Below are positions 7,004 to 12,992 of a stretch of 12,992 nucleotides of DNA, in pieces. The DNA is taken from positions 1 through 12,992 of the forward strand of contig JANPJS010000095.1 of assembly GCA_031425655.1 (NCBI GenBank), in the 5' to 3' direction. Each line of letters opens with the position of its first letter. Position 1 is the stretch's first letter. The notes below the pieces were generated by a model. It made no database searches. It saw nothing but the letters and a program-made list of their open reading frames with translations, and had not been told where the DNA came from. This stretch comes from Abditibacteriaceae bacterium. Lineage in GTDB: Bacteria; Armatimonadota; Abditibacteriia; Abditibacteriales; Abditibacteriaceae. Position numbers and translations under genes: made by a program.

Positions 7004-7459
7004 TTATTTTAGCAGTTTTTCGAGCCGTTTATCCTCAATCCGCTTACGACTTTTCTTGCGCTTGGTTTTAAGTTCTGCTGCCCGTTCTTGAATTTGCTGT
7101 TCTCTATTCCACTCAGCCGACGCTTGTTTTTGCCCTTCCAAAAAGGCAGGAACGTCTTTTAAGCGTGCTGGGCGCGGGCCGGGGCCGGAACAGCCGCACG
7201 AAAAATATGCGTAGCCGTTGTTAAATAAAAGCTCAACCTTCTTCCATTGTTTGACATCGGTTTGCGCCGGCGCTTTGAAGTCCAAACCCATATTATGCAT
7301 TGGACTTTTGCACTGCGGGCACGGAACTAACCTATCTCCATCTGCCGCCACAGGTATGGGACGAGCGAGTTCAAACCGGCTTGCTTGTTTGAAAGACTTG
7401 CGGCATTTGAAACACGCCCACTTCTCTTTGTAGGGGCCATACATTGCATATCGGCACAT
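7004..7459 (-). CDS. Uncharacterised Cys-rich (zinc-ribbon-like) protein with a basic, helical C-terminal tail
   Basis: 151 aa with CFKC and CPQC pairs plus SCGCSGPG. Visibly more AT-rich than the flanking housekeeping genes. Convergent with coaBC. Confidence 0.8.
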   Translation of the reverse strand: MCRYAMYGPYKEKWACFKCRKSFKQASRFELARPIPVAADGDRLVPCPQCKSPMHNMGLDFKAPAQTDVKQWKKVELLFNNGYAYFSCGCSGPGPRPARLKDVPAFLEGQKQASAEWNREQQIQERAAELKTKRKKSRKRIEDKRLEKLLK

Positions 7460-7492
7460 GATGAAAATGATTGTAACACGCGGTCAAGCCGC

Positions 7493-7528
7493 GCGCAGCA
7501 ACAGAACAAGGTGCTGCGCTTTTTCTTT
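7493..7528 (+). terminator. Terminator-like hairpin with its U-tract on the + strand
   Basis: gcgcagca-acagaacaagg-tgctgcgc followed by tttttcttt; its orientation opposes the two flanking minus-strand genes. Confidence 0.4.
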
Positions 7529-7554
7529 GCTCTACCTTTCAATAACGGGCAAGA

Positions 7555-8133
7555 TCAGCCCATGCCCGCCGTGTTTTCGATGCGCCGGTCAGGAATCAGC
7601 CACATCAGCGCCACGAAAATATATAAACCCAGCGCCAGCCACCGATTGACAAATGAAAGCGGAACCGCCGCCGTGTAAATGGCGATGGACGCTTTGCCTT
7701 TCACATCACGCCCCAAAGCCTTACTCAGATGAGAAGCGTGTCCGTGAAGCGCGATCAAAGCGCGGCTCAAGATGTAGTAAGCGATGCCGCTCATTAGCAA
7801 AACTACGCCGTAAAGCGCGACAGGCCAGGCCGAGAAACGATTTTCGCCCATCCAACCCGTGACGAAAGGAATCAGCGAAAGCCAGAAAAGCAAATGCAGA
7901 TTCGCCCACAAAACCGGCCCGTTTACCTTCTTGGTAGCGTGGAGCATATGATGATGGTTATTCCAGTAAATGCCCACATAAATAAAGCTGAGAATGTAGC
8001 TGACGAAGACAGGGCCAAGAGAGCGTAGCGCGGCCAGATCGTTTCCGTGCGGCGCTTTCATCTCCAGCACCATGATGGTAATCACAATGGCAATCACGCC
8101 ATCGCTGAACGCTTCCAGCCGGTCTTTTTCCAT
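7555..8133 (-). CDS. TMEM175-family (DUF1211) potassium channel-like membrane protein
   Basis: Signature RLEAFSDGVIAIVITIMVLE, YWNNHHH, LWANLHLLFWLSLIPF and about 6 hydrophobic helices. ATG 8133 has GAAAGG upstream; the GTG at 8157 lies inside a repeat hairpin. Confidence 0.92.
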   Translation of the reverse strand: MEKDRLEAFSDGVIAIVITIMVLEMKAPHGNDLAALRSLGPVFVSYILSFIYVGIYWNNHHHMLHATKKVNGPVLWANLHLLFWLSLIPFVTGWMGENRFSAWPVALYGVVLLMSGIAYYILSRALIALHGHASHLSKALGRDVKGKASIAIYTAAVPLSFVNRWLALGLYIFVALMWLIPDRRIENTAGMG

Positions 8134-8153
8134 CTGTAACCTTTCACGACTTA

Positions 8154-8200
8154 GCACAAAGGCACGAAGAAATTCTTCGTGCCTTTGTGTCTTTGTGGTT
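8154..8200. repeat. Inverted octamer repeat hairpin between gpx and TMEM175
   Basis: gcacaaag gcacgaag (8154-8169) facing cttcgtgc ctttgtgt ctttgtgg (8175-8198). Positions 8155-8171 and 8173-8189 form a perfect 17-bp inverted repeat. Confidence 0.88.
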
Positions 8201-8205
8201 GAAAA

Positions 8206-8784
8206 TTATTTCTTAGCTAATTCGGTTTGAACCGCTTCGAGAAATTCCGGCGCGTCCGGTTTGGTGCGCGCTTTGAAGCGTGAAACCAATTTGCCGTCGC
8301 GGCCCACGAGGAATTTGGCGAAATTCCAATCCACGTCGCCGGCTAATTTTTCGTCGCCGGCGCCCGATGTCAAAAGCGCGTAAAGCGGCGCTTTGTCATC
8401 GCCTTTGACGCTGATCTTCGAGAACATATCGAAGGTCACGCCGTAGTTTTTCTTGCAGAACGCGGCGATTTCTTCGTTGGTGCCCGCCTCCTGCCCGTTG
8501 AAGTTGTTGGCGGGAAAACCGAGAATCGCAAGACCTTGATCTTTGTATTTGTCGTGCAGCTTTTGCAAGCCTTCATATTGCGGCGTGTTGCCGCATTTGC
8601 TGGCCGTGTTCACGAAAAGCACGACTTTGCCCTTGTATTTCGACAAGTCCACGTCTTTGCCGTCCAGGCTTTTCATCGTGTAATTCAAAACCACAGGCTT
8701 CTCCTTGACTTCGTCGCTTTGCGCGGTCACGCAGCCCGCCATCAGCATCGCGGCGCTCGCGGCGCCCCATAAAAACTTACGCAT
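8206..8784 (-). CDS. Glutathione peroxidase-family protein (Cys-type), predicted lipoprotein
   Basis: VNTASKCGNTPQY, LGFPANNFNGQE, second Cys in AFCKKNYGVTF, DWNFAKFLV. N-terminus MRKFLWGAASAAMLMAG|C has a lipobox. RBS GGAGG upstream of ATG 8784. Confidence 0.93.
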   Translation of the reverse strand: MRKFLWGAASAAMLMAGCVTAQSDEVKEKPVVLNYTMKSLDGKDVDLSKYKGKVVLFVNTASKCGNTPQYEGLQKLHDKYKDQGLAILGFPANNFNGQEAGTNEEIAAFCKKNYGVTFDMFSKISVKGDDKAPLYALLTSGAGDEKLAGDVDWNFAKFLVGRDGKLVSRFKARTKPDAPEFLEAVQTELAKK

Positions 8785-8886
8785 CGTAAAATCCTCCGAT
8801 AAACTCAAAACGTCCTCTTTTGAACGCACACAGCTCTTTCAGGTTGCGGTTCGGAATGGAACACGGAGCTTCGCTACGCAGAAACG

Positions 8887-8935
8887 ACACGGATTTACAC
8901 GGATTTTTCGTTGGATTGAGCCGTGTAAATCCGTG
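8887..8935. repeat. Inverted decamer repeat in the divergent gpx / beta-propeller intergenic region
   Basis: acacggattt x2 (8887-8906). Positions 8888-8902 (cacggatttacacgg) are perfectly complementary to 8921-8935 (ccgtgtaaatccgtg). Confidence 0.85.
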
Positions 8936-8971
8936 GCCTATTAGACACATCGAATGATTCGGAGAAATTGT

Positions 8972-11900
8972 ATGAAAAGAAGCCTTCTTTTTGCTGCCGG
9001 CGCGATTTTGATGTCAGTCGGCGCATACGCGCAAAAGCCGTTGCAATGGCAGCCATTGCGCGAACCGGGTTCGGGCGGCTGGATTACGAGTTTTCGCATC
9101 AGCCCGCACGACGGCAAACGCATGATTTTGGGCGGCGATATGCTCGGTTCGGGCCTTTCGACCGACGGCGGGCAAAATTGGGGGCCGGTTTTCGGTTACA
9201 GCAGTTGGGAAATCAACGATTTTTCGTTTCACCCGACGAACGCCAACATTGTGTGGAGCGGCACTTTGATGGGGCCTTATAAAAGCAGCGACGGCGGGCG
9301 CAATTTCATCGAAAAGCGCAAAGGCTTTCCGCCGCGCGCCGGTTTCGGCTATTCAGCGCCGGTCGAGCGCGTGCTTTTCGATCCGAACGACGCCAATCAT
9401 TTAATCGCATTTGGCGGTTCGAGCCGGGGCTGGGATTTGCCGGGCCAAAAGCCATTGTGGGGCGCGGTTTGGGAATCGAACGATGGCGGCGAATCGTGGG
9501 CGAAAATCGCCACGATTGGCGCCGACGGCAACACCGTCGAGGCCGAAAAAGGCGTCAATATTTACAGCGCCGAATTCGCCGCCGGTTCCAGCACCACGCT
9601 TTACGCGGCTTCGCCGTGGGCGGGATTTTTCGTGTCGAGCGACGGCGGCAAAACGTGGACGAAGCGCATGACCGGCCTGCCGCACAAAGCCGCCTCGCGC
9701 GTGCAAGTTCATCCGCGCGAGGCCAAAACGCTGTGGCTTTCGCTCGGACACGCGAAAGTCGGCGAAAAATCGCTGCCCGGCGGCGTTTTCAAAAGCACGG
9801 ACGGCGGGCAAAGCTGGCAGGCGCTAAATAGCGGTCTCAGCCAGAAAAGCGATGACAAAGAAATCAATTTCACGGCGAGTTACTGGCCTTTCGCCGTCGC
9901 GCCGAGCAACCCAGACGTGATGTATACCGCCGACGGCGCGTGGAACAGCGGCGTGATTTATGTTTCGCGCGACGGCGGCAAAACTTGGCGCGCGACCGCG
10001 ACCAAACAAAACGTCGGGCACGACCAATCCGCAGAATTGAAAGGCGCTTCTCAAGTGGACACCGCGATGCCCGCCGGCCTCGCCGGGACGTATTTCGCGG
10101 TTGATCCGAAGAATGAAAACGTCGCTTTCAACGTCGGCAGCGAGCATATTATCGCCACGCGCGACGGCGGCAAAACATGGCGCGACGAAGGCAACGACAA
10201 GCAAGCGGACGGCGGCTGGCAAGGGCGCGGTTTCACCGGCTGGTGCTCGTGGAACGCGCGCTACAATCCTTATAAACGCGGCCAAATTGCGCTCAACGCT
10301 TTGGATGCGGCGCGCGTTTACCTTTCGCACGATGGCGGCACAAGCTGGCATCGCCATCTCAATGACCCGTCGCCGTGGGGCGGCGGCGTGGACACCGCAT
10401 TCACGCGCGCCGGCCACATTTACGCCACAACCGGGCAGCACGGCGCGTTTCAAGGCATCGGACGCTCGACCGACGGCGGCAAAACGTGGCAAGTGCTGCA
10501 CGGCGCGAAATACGGCCTGCCCGAAGGTGGCTGGGGCAAGGGAAACGCAGAGCCGGCGGGCATTTTCGCGCTGCCCGATGAGCCGAAAAAAGTCTGGGCG
10601 TCCATCGGCGACAAATTGTATCGCTCGACGGACGGCGGCGAAAAATGGAGCGTAGCCGACATCGGCCCCGGCCCGAAATGGATCGCCGGCGACCCGAAAA
10701 ATAGCGAAGCATTCTTCGTTTCGGGCGCCAAAAACGTTTATTCAACGACGGACGGCGGCGAAACATGGAAAGCCATCGGCGGCCCGCGCAAAGCCGGACG
10801 CATGGCCGTTGATTCGCTCGGACGCCTTTATATTTGCGCCGATGAAGGCGATTTGGGCGGCTTGTGGCGTTGGGACGGCACGCTCGCCGCCGACAAAAAA
10901 TGGACGCGCTTGTGGGACGACCGCTGGGTTATGAACGTCGCGGTTGACCCGACGAACCCGAATCGCGTGGCCTTTACCACCAACCAGAATCCGTATGTGG
11001 AAACCTCGCAAGCGAGCGGCGTGTGGATTTCCAGCGATGCCGGGCAAACGTGGACGCAGGCCAACGACAATCTACCGATGCTGCGTGGCCACGCCATCGC
11101 GTTCAACCCGTTCGACAGCGAAGAAATGATTCACGGCACCTTAGGGCGCGGCTATTTCAAAACGCGCTGGCCGCAAAATTTAGCCGTGACGGGCGGCAAA
11201 ACTTATCGCCAAACCGCCGCTGACATCAACTTTGCGCGGGCGGTCGAAGGTGCGCAAATCGCCTTTTTGAAAAACGGCGACATGAGCGCGGGCGGCGCGA
11301 TTCCCGAATTCTGGACGGAAAAGTGGAACGACGTGCAAGCCTTCCGCGACACCCAAACCTTCAAGGAAGGCCCGGCCAGTTTGCGCGTCGAGGCGAGCGG
11401 AAAAAGCGGCTCGGCCTTTCAAATGTTCGAGGTGCCGGGCGGCACAAGCGTCAAACTCAGCGGCTGGTTCAAAACGCAGGGCACGGCCAAAGCGCAAGTC
11501 GCACTGCAAGCGTTTTCGGACGATTGGAAGCAAAACGACTGGCAACAAATCGCCTTTCAAGCCACGGACAGCGATTGGGCGCACTTTGAAAAAACGCTAA
11601 CTATTCCCGATTGGGCAGCGCTCTTCAACGTGCAAGTGAATTTGGACGGAAGGGGCAAAGCGTGGCTCGACGAAGTGCAAATGGTCGCTACGGCGCCGCA
11701 AAAAGCCGCTGTTGCGACAAATTCAACCACGGAAATCACGCGCGTTATCCGCGATTTCGGCCCGGCGAGCTTCGATTATCCTTTCGGTGGCTGGAAAGCT
11801 GAAATGATAAAACCCGGCGACACTTTCGTGACCCTTGACGCCAACGAAGCCGGCGGCGCGGGCCTCGTCTTGAACGGCGCCGACATCGCGCCGCAACAGC

Positions 11901-12889
11901 AAACGCACCTGACCTTGCGCGCCAAATTGCTGCCCGGCAACGGCGCGATGCAACTCAATGTCAACCTCAAAGGCCCCGAAAAAAGTGTGAGTTTCGACCT
12001 CACCAAGTTGAACGCCAACGAATTCACAACGCTCACTGCGCCATTGCCCGAAGGCGGCAAATATAACAACGTGCAGCAATTGCAGATTCAAGGCACCAAT
12101 TGGAGCGCGGCAGCGCAGCCGTTGAAAATCCAAATTGACAGCATCGGCACCACTTCGCCGGGAGCCGTTCAACCACCCAACAATCCAACCGCCTCACAAC
12201 CCACTTCCAGCGCGCCGGCCAAAGATAAACCCGCTATCGCAGCGTGGGGCTTCTGGCCGAATTTCCCGCAGGCGTGGATGCAAACGCACAACGGCTTCGT
12301 GCAGCGCACCAAACAAGGCGCCGCGAAGCAGGACATCAACGTCATTTTCTTCGGCGATTCGATTACGCAAGGCTGGGGCGGCGACGGCAAAGACGTTTGG
12401 GACAAGACTTATGCGCCGCTCGGCGCCGTCAACTACGGCATCGGCGGCGACACTACACGCCAAGTGCTGTGGCGCATTCTCAACGGCGAAGTCGAAGGCC
12501 TGAATCCGAAACTCGTGGTTTTGAAAATCGGCACCAACAACCTTTACAACGACCTAAATTCCGGCAGCGACGAAGAAATCGCCGACGGCATCACGAAAAT
12601 CGTGTCCACGCTGCGCGAAAAACTGCCGAACACCAAGATTTTGCTGCTCGGCGTTTTGCCGCGCCAGAACGATTATTTCAGCGGACGCGCCAAACGCATC
12701 AACGAAATCATCAAAAAGCTTGATAACGGCCAAACCGTGCGTTTCCTTGACATGAGCGACAAATTCCAAACCGAACTCGGCAAAGTCAAACCGGAGCTTT
12801 ACGTTCCCGACCAACTGCACTTAGCCAAACCCGGCTATGAACTGTGGGCCGCCACCATGAAACCGCTTTTCGACGAAATGCGGAAGTAG
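8972..12889 (+). CDS. Secreted multidomain carbohydrate-active protein: Asp-box (BNR) double beta-propeller (GH74/VPS10-like), CBM4/9-like domain, second beta-sandwich domain, C-terminal SGNH/GDSL esterase
   Basis: GGAG RBS 7 nt before ATG 8972; signal peptide MKRSLL...GAYA|Q. Twelve S/T-x-D-G/A-G-x-x-W/F boxes. LKNGDMS...WLDEVQM CBM-like domain. SGNH blocks FFGDSITQGW, GIGGD, IGTNN and DQLH. Confidence 0.85.
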   Translation: MKRSLLFAAGAILMSVGAYAQKPLQWQPLREPGSGGWITSFRISPHDGKRMILGGDMLGSGLSTDGGQNWGPVFGYSSWEINDFSFHPTNANIVWSGTLMGPYKSSDGGRNFIEKRKGFPPRAGFGYSAPVERVLFDPNDANHLIAFGGSSRGWDLPGQKPLWGAVWESNDGGESWAKIATIGADGNTVEAEKGVNIYSAEFAAGSSTTLYAASPWAGFFVSSDGGKTWTKRMTGLPHKAASRVQVHPREAKTLWLSLGHAKVGEKSLPGGVFKSTDGGQSWQALNSGLSQKSDDKEINFTASYWPFAVAPSNPDVMYTADGAWNSGVIYVSRDGGKTWRATATKQNVGHDQSAELKGASQVDTAMPAGLAGTYFAVDPKNENVAFNVGSEHIIATRDGGKTWRDEGNDKQADGGWQGRGFTGWCSWNARYNPYKRGQIALNALDAARVYLSHDGGTSWHRHLNDPSPWGGGVDTAFTRAGHIYATTGQHGAFQGIGRSTDGGKTWQVLHGAKYGLPEGGWGKGNAEPAGIFALPDEPKKVWASIGDKLYRSTDGGEKWSVADIGPGPKWIAGDPKNSEAFFVSGAKNVYSTTDGGETWKAIGGPRKAGRMAVDSLGRLYICADEGDLGGLWRWDGTLAADKKWTRLWDDRWVMNVAVDPTNPNRVAFTTNQNPYVETSQASGVWISSDAGQTWTQANDNLPMLRGHAIAFNPFDSEEMIHGTLGRGYFKTRWPQNLAVTGGKTYRQTAADINFARAVEGAQIAFLKNGDMSAGGAIPEFWTEKWNDVQAFRDTQTFKEGPASLRVEASGKSGSAFQMFEVPGGTSVKLSGWFKTQGTAKAQVALQAFSDDWKQNDWQQIAFQATDSDWAHFEKTLTIPDWAALFNVQVNLDGRGKAWLDEVQMVATAPQKAAVATNSTTEITRVIRDFGPASFDYPFGGWKAEMIKPGDTFVTLDANEAGGAGLVLNGADIAPQQQTHLTLRAKLLPGNGAMQLNVNLKGPEKSVSFDLTKLNANEFTTLTAPLPEGGKYNNVQQLQIQGTNWSAAAQPLKIQIDSIGTTSPGAVQPPNNPTASQPTSSAPAKDKPAIAAWGFWPNFPQAWMQTHNGFVQRTKQGAAKQDINVIFFGDSITQGWGGDGKDVWDKTYAPLGAVNYGIGGDTTRQVLWRILNGEVEGLNPKLVVLKIGTNNLYNDLNSGSDEEIADGITKIVSTLREKLPNTKILLLGVLPRQNDYFSGRAKRINEIIKKLDNGQTVRFLDMSDKFQTELGKVKPELYVPDQLHLAKPGYELWAATMKPLFDEMRK

Positions 12890-12952
12890 TGGGCGTTGGG
12901 TAGCGGGGCTATCGCCCAATGGCATTAAGTTAAGGCGTTCCGAAGCATAATT

Positions 12953-12984
12953 CCTCCCCCTTTGGGGGAGGTTAGGTGGGGGTT
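12953..12984 (+). repeat. REP-like C5-NNN-G5 hairpin unit, second copy of the unit at 2464-2495
   Basis: cctccccctttgggggaggttaggtgggggtt vs cttccccctctgggggaagttggatgggggtt: 27/32 identical. Confidence 0.85.
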
Positions 12985-12992
12985 GACGGCGG

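Noticed and set aside
8954..8971. Upstream ATG at 8954 for the large CDS
   Set aside because: ATG 8972 has the GGAG RBS and starts a clean signal peptide.
9150..11060. Recurrent gacggcggcaaaacNtgg DNA motif as a possible CRISPR or DNA repeat array
   Set aside because: Irregular spacing, always in frame; it encodes the Asp-box DGGKTW motif.
12890..12919. Hairpin after the large CDS as a terminator
   Set aside because: Bulged, imperfect stem with no U-tract.
1..12992. tRNA, rRNA, known riboswitch, transposase or integrase
   Set aside because: No cloverleaf, rRNA-like segment, recognisable aptamer consensus or recombinase motif was seen by eye; an Infernal/Rfam scan would be needed to exclude them formally.

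Overview
GC-rich bacterial chromosomal window, mostly housekeeping and accessory genes. Signal peptides, a lipoprotein and SLH domains indicate a bacterium; an Armatimonadota-like source is only an impression and is not demonstrated. Order: 5' end of an unknown exported protein (minus, runs off the left edge), a multidomain SLH surface protein, a sugar-phosphate isomerase/epimerase, pyrE, an orphan LolD/MacB-type ABC ATPase, gmk, coaBC, a more AT-rich Cys-rich hypothetical gene next to an attC-like half-site, a TMEM175-family channel, a lipoprotein glutathione peroxidase, and a 1305-aa secreted Asp-box beta-propeller + CBM-like + SGNH esterase fusion. No rRNA, tRNA, CRISPR array, transposase or integrase was seen. 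The most unusual signal is non-coding. Several intergenic gaps each hold a different palindromic element: a nested REP/REPIN-like structure (2310-2549, with a second copy of its inner unit at 12953-12984) and four unrelated inverted short-period repeats (7-, 8-, 8- and 10-bp units). Two of these supply the stop codon of a housekeeping gene, and one appears again in frame inside a protein linker.
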